A stretch of DNA of 64,000 nt, taken from NCBI RefSeq assembly GCF_006345805.1, contig NC_042997.1, positions 174,902,001 through 174,966,000 on the forward strand, given 5' to 3'. Below, in pieces: positions 1 through 11,224 of the stretch. A program made the translations under genes and the position numbers. Position 1 is the first letter of the stretch. Each line of letters opens with the position of its first letter. A model generated the notes under the pieces. The model ran no database searches, had not been told where the DNA came from, and saw only the letters and a program-made list of their open reading frames with translations. Source of the DNA: Octopus sinensis (Eukaryota).

Positions 1-195
1 ACATATATACATATATACATATATATAACATATATATATAGATACATATTTACATGTATATATATATATAATATATATATTATATACATATATATATATA
101 CATACATATATACATATATACATATATATATATCACCTACACGCAAATATAGAGATTGGAAAACATATTTGCACACACACACACACTATATATAT

Positions 196-262
<67 letters not shown>

Positions 263-422
263 GTATGTATGTATGTATATATATGAATGAGAAGATATAT
301 AATACACATATATACACACTGCACATACAGGTACACCGACGCATACGTATACATATGCATATACATACACTATATATACACATACTATACATACACAGAT
401 ATGCATATACATATACGTATGC

Positions 423-474
<52 letters not shown>

Positions 475-509
475 GCATACGTATATGTATATGCATATAC
501 ATACATAAG

Positions 510-551
<42 letters not shown>

Positions 552-1111
552 ATATATATATATAATATATTCGAACCACAGGCATATATCTATACAACCA
601 TTCATACAAAAGGCATGAAACATGCACATCGCATACGCACAGTGTGAAAGTGAGGGCAAGAGTTAGGGATAGTAAGTTAAGAAGGGAAAGACAAGTAAAA
701 ACATATGCTAGCATTTTGTATAAAGGATTGAATGAGAAGATATATAATACACATATATATATACACACTGCACATACAGGTACACCGACGCATACGTACA
801 CATATGCATATACATACACATATATATATACACAGATATATAAGTATATATACAGAGATATATAAGTATACGAATGCATATATCTATACGTATATATGTG
901 TGTGTGTTTGCGTGTGTGTATATGTGTACACATATATAGATATATATACACACACATATATATTATGTATATTATATATAAGGGAGTTAGATTAAGGGAG
1001 GAAGAGGAGGAAGTTAATAATAAAAGCACGAAATGCAAAGATTATGTGAGAAGAATGGAAGACTGATAGAATTCAATAAGCCAGGTGGTAAAAAGCATAT
1101 GTGTGTGTTTC

Positions 1112-1172
<61 letters not shown>

Positions 1173-2174
1173 GTGTGTGTTTGTATATATATGTACATGT
1201 GTGCATTTGTATATATATATGTGTATGTGTGTGTGTGTATATATATATATATTATACATATATATATAGAGAGAGAGAGAGTGGCAAGAAAGATTGTTAG
1301 ATAGATATACACGTGTACATATGTACGTGTGTGTATATATGTATATGTATATACATATATGTCGACATATATGCACGCGCATATATATATGTATATATGT
1401 ATGTATGTATGTACGTATGTATGTGTAACATAAAACTGCATATATATATATATATATATATGTCTGTGTACATATACATTTATTCAAACACACGCCCACA
1501 TGGGGAGGATAGAGTGGAAAATGAGAAGAAGAAGAAGAAGAAGAAGAAGAAGAAGAAGAAGAAGATACTTCCGCCACCATCAGTAACAACAACAACAACA
1601 ACAACAATAAAGATATGAGAGATAATGAGAAAGACACTGCGAGGCGGGGTGACGTCGGATATCGATCGGTGTCAGAGAAAGGAAATAAGGCTGAGTAAAA
1701 AGGTGGGCAAAAAATAGAGAGCGAGAGAGAGGAAAAAGACAAATCTCGGTAGATATATAAGAAACCAGTACAAGTTTGATGTGATTGATGACAAAGAATA
1801 TGAGGCATCGTATACACGTTCAGACACATACACAGATACACTCATACACACACTAACGCATACATTGACACATATGAACACATATACACGACAACGCAAA
1901 ATGGAGGTAAAGAAATGGCGGCGTTATCTTCGGGTGACGTCACTCATTGAAATGCTTCTCATTCAACGATGATAAACCGGCCGTCGGTGTGTAATGCGTA
2001 CGTACGGATGTGTAATGTAATGTAATTTGTGCCCATGTATCTATTGTGCCGATGTGTGTCTAATGTGTGTGTGAAATGTAATGTGTGTGCAATGTATGTA
2101 TCTATATATATGTGTGTGTGTGTGTAACACATGTATTCTACAGTATGTGTAGGTAATGTATATCTAATGTGTAA

Positions 2175-2216
<42 letters not shown>

Positions 2217-2900
2217 GGTGCATTTTGTGTGTGTGTGTGGATGTGTGGGTGCAGTTTTGTGTGTGTGTGTGTGGATGTGTGGGTGCAGTTTTGTGTGTGT
2301 GTGTGGATGTGTGGGTGCAGTTTTGTGTGTGTGTGTGTATGTGTGTAATGTGTGTGTGAGTGTGTAATGTGTGTGTGTGTGTAATATAGAGTAATTATTT
2401 GTGCAGATGCATGTGTGTGTAATGTGATACATAATGTATTATTCATTTATATGTATGTATCTATGTATACATGCGTGTCTGTGAACATACACGTATGTAT
2501 GCATGTACGTATGTATGTGTGTGTATGTTTGCGTGTGTGTGCGCGTGTGTGTGCGCGTGTGTGTGCGCGTGTGTGTGCGCGTGTGTGTCTGTGTCTATGT
2601 GTAACCGTGTATGTATATATGTATGCATGTATGTATGTATACATGTATGTATGTATGTATGTATGTATGTATGTATGTATGTATGTATGTATGTATTTAT
2701 GTACATATGTCTGTCTATTTGTCTGTCTTTATACGTGTTTAAGTGAGTTGTGTGCATGTATGTATAATGTATGTAGATATGCGTGTAATATTTGTATGTA
2801 ATAATATGTAACAGATCTATGTCATATGTGTATGTGTATGTAATGTGATTATATATGTACTTTGCGAATATGATAATCATGGTGTGTAGAGAGTACACAT
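1..2900. repeat. Compound microsatellite field: (TA)n, (CA/TG)n, (TATG)n, (GAA)n, (CAA)n, plus a GTGTGGATGTGTGGGTGCAGTTTT minisatellite at about 2211-2340
   Basis: Directly visible simple repeats; the overlapping ORFs are poly-YI/HT/CV translations. Confidence 0.95.
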
Positions 2901-2904
2901 TATT

Positions 2905-3120
2905 GTTTCTTGGCCCTTAATCAGGTCTGATTCAGTAGACATCTCAAAGATTTTCTAACTGTTCCCATCCCGTCACTTTTGTCCATTCCGTCACTTTTAC
3001 CCATCCCGTCAATTTCTATGTTTAAGGAACACAAAACAAAACTACACTATCCAATAGGTATTTAGTGCAGAAGGTAGAGTGGAGCATAAGGTTTATTTGG
3101 CTACTATTGCTAGCATTTAC
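2905..3120 (+). mobile_element. Degenerate copy of a dispersed SINE-like repeat (family D); related copies at about 12715-12780(-), 31725-31900(+), 37740-37830(-), 53270-53480(-), 59660-59860(+)
   Basis: Shared motifs (cattccagccRtgac, ctacattatccaat, atttggYtgctatttctagca) recur at several positions in the window. Confidence 0.5.
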
Positions 3121-3872
3121 ATCTATCTCTATGTGTGTGTATGCAATGTGTATAAGGATGTATATATATATATAATGCGTGCATATTAATGTCAGTAAAT
3201 TCGTAAATATGTCTATGTATGTAATGTGTGTAAATATATATATATGTAATGTGTATGCATTTTTGTGAGTCCCCATATTTGTGTATTTGCTTTTATGCGT
3301 AAGCGTATATATTTATGTGCATGTATGTTTGTGTGTAAATATTAAGCCTTATGTCAGCATTTATCGATACAAAAATAAATAAAGGCTTTCCAAGCGTGAT
3401 CATCTCGTCTTTTATTTAGTGGTACTATGACCAAATTATATCGTAGGTTCTTACATAACACATATCTGTATATTGTAAATACATAAATATAAATGTGACC
3501 CCTCTCATTATGATGAAGGATGAATTTGTGATCTTCTTTCATAAGGGAGGAGCTGTACAGAGCTTTGTGAAGAAGCTAGAAGGCCGGAAGGAAGTGGTCC
3601 TGACCTGTACTGAAGACACTGACTGGCCTCCACATTTACCTGCGGAGGTCATGAGGGAAAATGAGATGTTCAGGGTGATGGACTCCTTTCTCAAGGACCC
3701 ATACAGTTTTGCTTTCTGGGGCCTCGACTTAGAACTGCAGGATTGCCTGCGGGAGGCAAGTTGCCTGGTCGGAGGAGGAGAAAGATAAGGGGGCCTTAGT
3801 GCCTCGATTTGAAAAATTGCAAAGACAAGTACAACTTGTTGACTGTTATAAAGTCTACGAGCAGGTAGATTC

Positions 3873-4091
3873 ATTAGAACGCTGGACAAAATGCTTAGCG
3901 GTATTTCGTCTGCCGTTACGTTGTGAGTTCAAATTCCGCCGAGGTCGACTTTGCCTTTCATCCTTTCGGGGTCGATAAATTAAGTACCAGTTATGCACTG
4001 GGGTCGATGTAATCGACTTAATACCTATGTCTGTCCTTGTTTGTCCCCCTCTATGTTTAGCCCCTTGTGGGTAATAAAGAAATAGGTATTT
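3873..4091 (+). mobile_element. tRNA-derived SINE, family A, 5'-truncated
   Basis: B-box gagttcaaattcc, core gaggtcgactttgcctttcatcctttcggggtcgata, tail taaagaaataggtatttc. Confidence 0.9.
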
Positions 4092-4277
4092 CTTTTGGCA
4101 TTTTCTTTTTTAGTTCAAGTGCTACTACAATCGACTTTGCCCTTCATCCTTCGTGGTCGATAAAATAAGTACCAGTAAAATACTCGGGATATAACTAACC
4201 ATCTACGCCTAAAATTGCTGGCCTTGAGCCAAAATTTGAAGCCATTAATTGACTTTGAAGAGACTTCAATATTATAT

Positions 4278-4494
4278 TAATAATTCTTTCTATTATAGGT
4301 ACAATCCCCGAAGCTTTGGGAGAGGAGAGTAGTTGATTACATCGACCCCAGAATTTCACTGTACTTAATTTATCGACTCTGAAAGAATGAAGGTAAACTC
4401 GATCTCGGCGGAATTTGAACTCAGAACGTAGCGACGGGCGAAATACTGCTAAACATTTCGCCCAGCGTGCTAACGACTCTGCCAGCTCGCCGCC
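4278..4494 (-). mobile_element. tRNA-derived SINE, family A monomer
   Basis: Reverse complement starts ggcggcgagctggcagagtcgttagcacg; core and short tail present. Confidence 0.9.
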
Positions 4495-4548
4495 TTAATA
4501 TTATACAAATAATAACAAATAATAATAATAATATAATAATAATAATAA

Positions 4549-4579
<31 letters not shown>

Positions 4580-5250
4580 ATAATAATAATAATAATAATA
4601 ATATACACAAATTAACACCATACATATGTATGTCTATGGATATATTTTGGATATGTATATATAAACACGTGACCGGCTTCCATATAGTTTCTGTTTGCCA
4701 AGTTTCACTCACAAGATATTGGACAATATGACATCAGGATACAAGGGGTGTACCCCCCAGGTGCCGCCGCGCAGTGGGATTGAGCCTCCAGAACATGACT
4801 GCGAAGTGAACTTCTTAACCTCATAATCATGCCAAGGTGAAAAAGGACAGAGCTAAGTAAGGAATTTGTTCAAAATGCTTATAACGAACTTCCTTCAGAG
4901 TCAACGAGGGAGCAAAAAAAAGGTTTCTGACAAGGTTCTTATATGTGTGTATAAATTTGAATATGTATGGTCTCTTCTGCTTTCAATTATTTAAATTCTT
5001 CCTCTGAGGAAGGAGTTAGTTTCTAACATAAGATACAAAATTCCCTTGCCGGAATGTAGATAACGAAAACAATGTCACATTTTAAACTAGAGAAATGTCT
5101 GGCATATTTTTACTGTTCCACTTCCAGGTTGTATTTGTAATGTGCGAGTTAGTTGATTTCTTTTTCTGAAAATCCAAGTTTACCGAAGCTGTCAGTTAAG
5201 CACTTAGTCACAAAACCAAGTGCACCAGTTTATTATTGGTATAAATTCAG

Positions 5251-5612
5251 GGCGGTGGGTTGGCAGAAGCGTTAGCACGCCGGGCGAAATGCTTAGTAGT
5301 ATTTCGTCTGCCGTTACGTTCTGAGTTCAAATTCGCCGAAGTCAACTTTGCCTTTCATCCTTTCAAGGTCGATAAATTAAGTACCAGTTACGCACTGGTG
5401 TCGATGTAATCAACTTAATCCCTTTGTCCTTGTTTGTCCTCTCTATGTTTAGCCCCTTGTGGGCTATAAAGAAATAAGAATCGTTAGCACGCCGGGCAAA
5501 GTACTTTGCGACATTTCGTCCGTCTTAACGTTCTGGGTTCAAATTCCACCGAGGTCGGCTTTGTCTTTTATCCTTTCGGGGATCTTTGTCTTTTATCCTT
5601 TGGTAGAAAGAA
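5251..5612 (+). mobile_element. Family A SINE dimer
   Basis: Head plus two bodies; flanked by ttattggYataaatt (5233-5247 and 5613-5627), a 15-bp TSD with 1 mismatch. Confidence 0.85.
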
Positions 5613-5713
5613 TTATTGGCATAAATTTAAATTTGTAATCTGGATATAGAAACTGGAAGTTTCGAAGTTATCCTCTTTCTCTTTGATTTTCTTTGATTTT
5701 CAAAGAGATGTTC

Positions 5714-6011
5714 ACATCAGCTGGACAAGTTGACCTCTATGACAGTACATACTTTTTTCTGTGAGTATCAAACAACAATATCCGGCCTGTTATGCTTAAA
5801 CTTGACAAATGTTTTGATGGGAATATTCCACTAATATTCCTTGCGTTGATGTTTGTGTACGTATTCAATAACAGGAGGGTTACCTATATTCCAGAACAAC
5901 CTTTTTTTCCGGATAACATTGTATGTTAAGCATAACAGGCCGGATATTGTTGTTTGATACTCACAGAAAAAAGTATGTACTGTCATAGAGGTCAACTTGT
6001 CCAGCTGATGT
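5714..6011. repeat. Perfect 86-bp inverted repeat with 126-bp spacer (foldback)
   Basis: 5714-5799 is the exact reverse complement of 5926-6011, checked base by base. Confidence 0.95.
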
Positions 6012-6619
6012 ATGTATGTATGTATGTGTGAATGTATGTATGTATGTGCGTGTATGTATGTATGCATGCATGTATGTATGTATGCATGCATGTATGTATG
6101 TAGTATGTATGTATGTATGCATGTATGTATGTATGTATGTGTGCATGCATGTATGTATGTATGCATGTATGTATGTGTGCATGCATGTATGTATGTATGT
6201 ATGTGCATGCACATGTATGTATGTATGTATGTGCACATGTAGGCATGCATATTTGTGTATATGTATACGTGTATGTACGTCTTAGTCTGAGTGTATGTGT
6301 GTATATGTGTATGTCTGTATGTATGTATGTATGTATGTATGTATGTATGTATGTATGCATGCATGTATGTGTGTATATGTAAGTGTGTGTACGTATGTAT
6401 GTTGTGGGATGTTTTATATGCAAGTATGTCTGTATGATGAATGTAGAATGTTTGTGTGCATGTAAGTATGTATGATGTATGTGTGTGTATGTATGCTGGT
6501 GCGTAGATAGACAGGTAAGTAAATAGATGAGAATGTAAGCAGATATGTAGGTAATCACGTAGATTGGTATCAAAATATGAATGCATGAAGCGTTGTATTA
6601 AAAATGCTGTGTATGCATA

Positions 6620-6679
<60 letters not shown>

Positions 6680-6680
6680 T
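6008..6680. repeat. (TATG)n/(TG)n microsatellite
   Basis: Directly visible. Confidence 0.95.
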
Positions 6681-6779
6681 TCGTGTGTCTATGAAAGTTT
6701 GTTTTTTTTGATGCGTAATAAAAAAGAATTATCAAAAGCAGGAAAAAAGAGAAACAACAGCATCGATGACAAAAACAAT

Positions 6780-7600
6780 AGAAGAAGAAGAAGAAGAAGA
6801 AGAAGAAGAAGAAGAAGAAGAATAAGAAGAGAAGAAGAAGAAAGAAGAAGAAGAAAGAAGAAGAAGAAGAAGAAGAAAGAGAAGAAGCATAAGAAGAGAA
6901 GAATAGAAAGAAGAAGAAGAAGAAGAAGAAGAAGAGAAGAAGAAGAAGAAGAAGAAGAAGAGAAGAAGAAGAAAGAGAAGAAGAAGAAGAGAAGAAGAAG
7001 AAGAGAAAGAAAGAAGAGAATAGAAAAAGAAAGAAGAAGAAGAAGAAAAGAAGAGAAGAAGAAAAGAAGAAGAGAAGAAGAGAAGAGAAGAGAGAAAGAA
7101 GAGAAAGAAAGAAGAAAAGAAGAGAAGAGAAAGAAAGAAGAAGAAGAGAAAGAAGAGAAGAAGAAGAAGAAGAAGAAGAGAAGAAAGAAGAAAGAAGAAG
7201 AAAAGAAGAAGAAGAAGAAGAAAGAAGAAGAAGAAGAGAAAGAAAGAAGAAGAAGAAAAGAAGAAGAAGAAGAAGAAGAAGAAGAGAAAGAAAGAAGAAG
7301 AAGAAGAAGAAGAAGAATAGAGAAAGAAGAAGAAGAAGAAGAAGAAGGAGAAGAAGAAGAAGGAGAAGAGAAAGAAGAAGAGAAAGGGAAAGAAGAAGAA
7401 GAAGAAGAAGAAGAAGAAAAAGAAGAAGAAGGAGAAGAAGAAGAGAAGAAGAAGAAGGAGAAGAAGAAGAAGAAGAAGAAGAGAGAAGAAGAAGAAGAAG
7501 AAAGAAGATGATGATGGTGGTGGTGTTGGTGGCGGTGGTGGTGGTGATGGTGGTGGTGGTGGTGGTGGTGGTGGTGGTGGAGGAAGATGGTGAAAGAAGG
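6780..7600. repeat. Degenerate (GAA)n polypurine tract of about 730 bp followed by (GGT)n
   Basis: Directly visible; explains the K/E/R-rich and S/F/L-rich ORFs. Confidence 0.95.
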
Positions 7601-8419
7601 AACGAAGAAGGATGAAGTGGAATAAAGAAAATGGCTTAAGACTTTAAACAGAGGAAGCAGGCTTCGGTCGGATCGAAAAGAGAGGCAAAGCAAAAGAAGA
7701 AGCTAGCTATATCTTTAATGGGTCACGCAAGAGGATTCAGCATCGGCGAGGAATCAATTAAGCGTTTCTACTGGTGCTTACCATAGTATCAGTTACATTT
7801 AGCGTGTGTAAAAATAATGTATTTCATCACGGGACTCATCAATCTGTCAAAGAACAAATTGTTTTTCCCTCCTTGCCAGTCATGATAGGCACAAATCCTT
7901 CAATTGCCAAACTACTGTCTCTTTCTTTTTCAATTTTATTTCTTTGTCCTTCCTTCGCTTTCGCTTCACATGTACATATCTCGAACAGAGTGAATGCGGT
8001 TTTAATTTCTCTACCGCCTTTTCTTTACCTGCTTGTCTTACTTTATCATATCTTATCTTACCTTATCTTGCCTTAATTTACCAAGTAGGAGCCGTAACTG
8101 ATTGAGTATTTAGAATATCGAGGTATCGAATTGCTTGCCAAGCTGATACGATGTTAGTTTCGTACGCACTGACACCGGTGTTGTGATGTGTTCTGTTTCT
8201 GATAAACACGCTGAACACTGATCGGTACTCAATTTTTACTTAAGCTCTAAGAACCACGAAGATATATAATTCATTTCACCGAGACAGTGTAGACAGTAAG
8301 AGATTGTGTAACTTCAAAAGTATTTCTTTGGTTTTGTTGTGCTGATCTTTTCCTGAGTTCAAACTCAGCAAGAGGCAGCACTAAGTATATAAATGATTTT
8401 TTTTTTTTTTCATATAAAT

Positions 8420-8818
8420 AAAAATTACAATTCTTTTCTACTCAAGGCCCGAAATTTTGGGGGAGGGAACCAGTCGATTAGATCGACCCCTTTATGTAAC
8501 TGTTAATTTATCGACCCCGAAAGGATGAAAGACAAAGTTGACCTCGGCGGAATATGAACACAGAATGTAAAGACAGACGAAATACATATTTCTTTACTAC
8601 CCACAAGGGGCTAAACACAGAGCGGACAAACAAAGACAGACAAACGGATTAAGTCGATTATATCGACCCCAGTGCGTAACTGGTACTTAATTTATCGACC
8701 CCCGAAAGGATGAAAGGCAAAGTCGACCTCGGTGGAATTTGAACTCAGAACGTAACGGCAGACGAAATACCGCTAAGAATTTCGCCGGGCGTGCTAACGC
8801 TTCTGCCAGCTCACCGCC
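8420..8818 (-). mobile_element. Family A SINE dimer
   Basis: Head ends at 8818 (reverse complement ggcggtgagctggcagaagcgttagcacg); two core copies. Confidence 0.9.
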
Positions 8819-8838
8819 TTTTTTTTTCTTCAAAAAAT

Positions 8839-8890
8839 GAACAACTTTAATCGATTTTCGAACCTTATTGGGTTCTCATCAGAGGCGTCC
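8839..8890 (-). ncRNA. Minimal type I hammerhead ribozyme motif (Penelope/retrozyme-type)
   Basis: Minus strand reads ggacgcct-CUGAUGA-GAACC-caauaa-GGUUC-GAAA-A-UCGA-U-UA-aaguuguuc: intact core, perfect 5-bp stem II, 2-bp stem III with palindromic UCGA loop, UUA cleavage triplet; stem I imperfect. Confidence 0.65.
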
Positions 8891-9394
8891 ACACCATTCT
8901 GACAGTCTCCACAAGATATGTAATTCCTTTCACCGATACAGTCTAGACAGTTTAACTGAAAAAGTATTTCTTTGGGTTTGTTTTGCAGATTTTTCCTGAG
9001 TTCAAACTCACCACGAGGCAGCAGCAAATATACAAATGATTTTTCATAAATCAAAAATTACTTATTAACCAGTAATTTTAGACAAGAAACGATATATCTC
9101 TCAGCCACTTGTCACTGTGAATGCTGGAGAAAGATCCAGTACACTTCGCCTTAAGGTAACATGCTTTCGACAGACAAACAGTAAACACAGAATAATTTTT
9201 TAAGAGGAAAGGAAAATATATTGAATAGGCCCCTGTACTCTATTCTTTTGCAGTTGATCATTGAAATAACACCATCCTGGGGCACTGCTTTGTATCGTAG
9301 TCGAATGCAACGTCAACGTTCTCTGCACTTACTTTAGCGACTTGTGATGGATGAAGGTTAAATTAAACCTCTGTTGTGGTTACGTGGTAGTGTG

Positions 9395-9735
9395 TTTAAT
9401 AAATTCCCTTTGCAACTATGTAGTTTCGGGTTCAGTCCCATCGCGTGGCACATTGAATAAGAGTCTTCTGCTCTAGCTCCGAGCCGAGTAATGCATTGTA
9501 AGTGAATTTGCTATACGGAAACAGTAGGGAAGCCCGTGCATGTGTGTCTGTACGTGTGTTTGCTTTTGTCTTTGCCTTTGTCCCGCACACGCCGTTTGAC
9601 AACCGCTGTTGATTTGCTCACGTTATCGTAACTTAGTGGCTTGACAGAAGAGACGAATAAAGTAACGACTAAACCCACCAAGGTAGTGCTTAGCATGGCT
9701 GCAGTCCAATGACTGCAACAAGTAAAATGAAAATA
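9395..9735 (+). mobile_element. Diverged family B SINE
   Basis: Head ...tcgggttcagtcccatcgcgtggcac, body tttgacaaccg...aacttag, tail gcagtccaatgactg. Confidence 0.75.
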
Positions 9736-10155
9736 AGAAAAACCATCGATTTATTTCTATTCGGAATTGAACTAAACTTTGAAGACAACAGCTACAGTCT
9801 AATGAATAAAACTTATTTTACTGATACTTGTTTTATCCATCCCAGCAGAGATGATTAACAAAATCAACGCTAATTGGTTTAAAACACAAAATAAACAGAA
9901 AAGAAACGAAATTACTATAAGCCACATTTCTGTCAACACGAGCCTAACCAGTATTATCCCCCAATTTTTCCACTCGGGATAAAAATACGTCACTTCAGGA
10001 GGAAGGAATCTCGGGAATTGTGACACTTATGACTTATTCTCAAAATAATTATTAGAGGAAATGAAATATGTTTAACTGGTAATCGAAAATGAATTATCTT
10101 TGCCTTATATATATATGTGTGTGGGTATGTATATGAATATATATGTGTATATATA

Positions 10156-10195
<40 letters not shown>

Positions 10196-10199
<4 letters not shown>

Positions 10200-10798
10200 C
10201 ATCAAAAAAGTGGCAGCATATTAAAATACCTTTAAAGGTTAAAATTATAAACAACTTATAAACATGGGCAAAAGAAAAATATTCCTATGCCAATATGCTG
10301 ATAACAGACTTTTAAATCGTCAATTTCCACATATTATTATATACCCACTACAGAAATACGTTCTGCTGAAATCGAGGAAAGCTAGCCAAAAGAATTTTCA
10401 AAAAAGTTCGTTATTTCTATATTGAATTAATTTCGGAATTAATCTCATAATAGATTTTTTTTCTTCGTCAGTAGAAAATACGAATAGAAATAAATGAAAT
10501 ACTTACATGCGCTCATGGAAAAAAGCCGAAGCAAAAGTCATGCGTACACATATATAAAATCCTTTGGTTAGCCTCAGCACACGTGTGAACTGCTCTCCAC
10601 CACAGCTTATAGTGGTTACCAGTCCCTATAGCGAATAGTAATAAATCTACTACTAATATAGGATTAAGTTTTTTTACAGAAAATGTATGTTATCAGCATA
10701 TTGGCATAGGAATATTTTTCTTTTGTCCTTGTTTATAAGTTGTTTATAATTTTAACCTTTAAAGGTATTTTAATATGCTGCCATTTTTTTAATGAAAT
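10196..10798. mobile_element. (TA)n-embedded non-autonomous element with 111-bp inverted termini; probable Penelope-like derivative
   Basis: 10196-10306 vs 10688-10798 reverse complement, 4 mismatches; related fragment at 62674-62840; internal hammerhead-like motif. Confidence 0.75.
10411..10480 (-). ncRNA. Hammerhead-like motif (type I, degenerate stem II)
   Basis: Minus strand: uauuuucua-CUGACGA-A-gaaaaaaaaucu-auuaug-agauuaauucc-GAAA-uu-aauuc-aa-UA-uagaaaua; stem I 6 bp, stem III 3 bp. Confidence 0.45.
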
Positions 10799-10811
10799 TT
10801 TGTATATATAC

Positions 10812-10868
<57 letters not shown>

Positions 10869-11080
10869 CATGTATGTATGTATGTATACATGTATGTATG
10901 TATGTATGTGTGTGTATGAATATAAATATACATATGTACATATATATATGTATAAATGTATATATATGTATATTTATTTGTGTAAGTGTATATATTTGTG
11001 AATATATATATGTATGTATATATGTATATATGTGTATATGTATATATGTATATATGTGTATATATATGTATATATATGTA

Positions 11081-11111
<31 letters not shown>

Positions 11112-11116
11112 GTGTG

Positions 11117-11152
<36 letters not shown>

Positions 11153-11224
11153 TGTATGTATGTATGTATGTATGTATGTATGTATGTATGTATGTATGTA
11201 TGTATGTATGTATGCATGTTTGCT

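Noticed and set aside
6627-7693. 294-aa K/E/R-rich and 334-aa S/F-rich ORFs
   Set aside because: Both strands of one degenerate (GAA)n tract
7782-7843. Minus-strand segment with good acceptor and GTAAGC donor
   Set aside because: Stops in all three frames; at most a non-coding exon, unsupported
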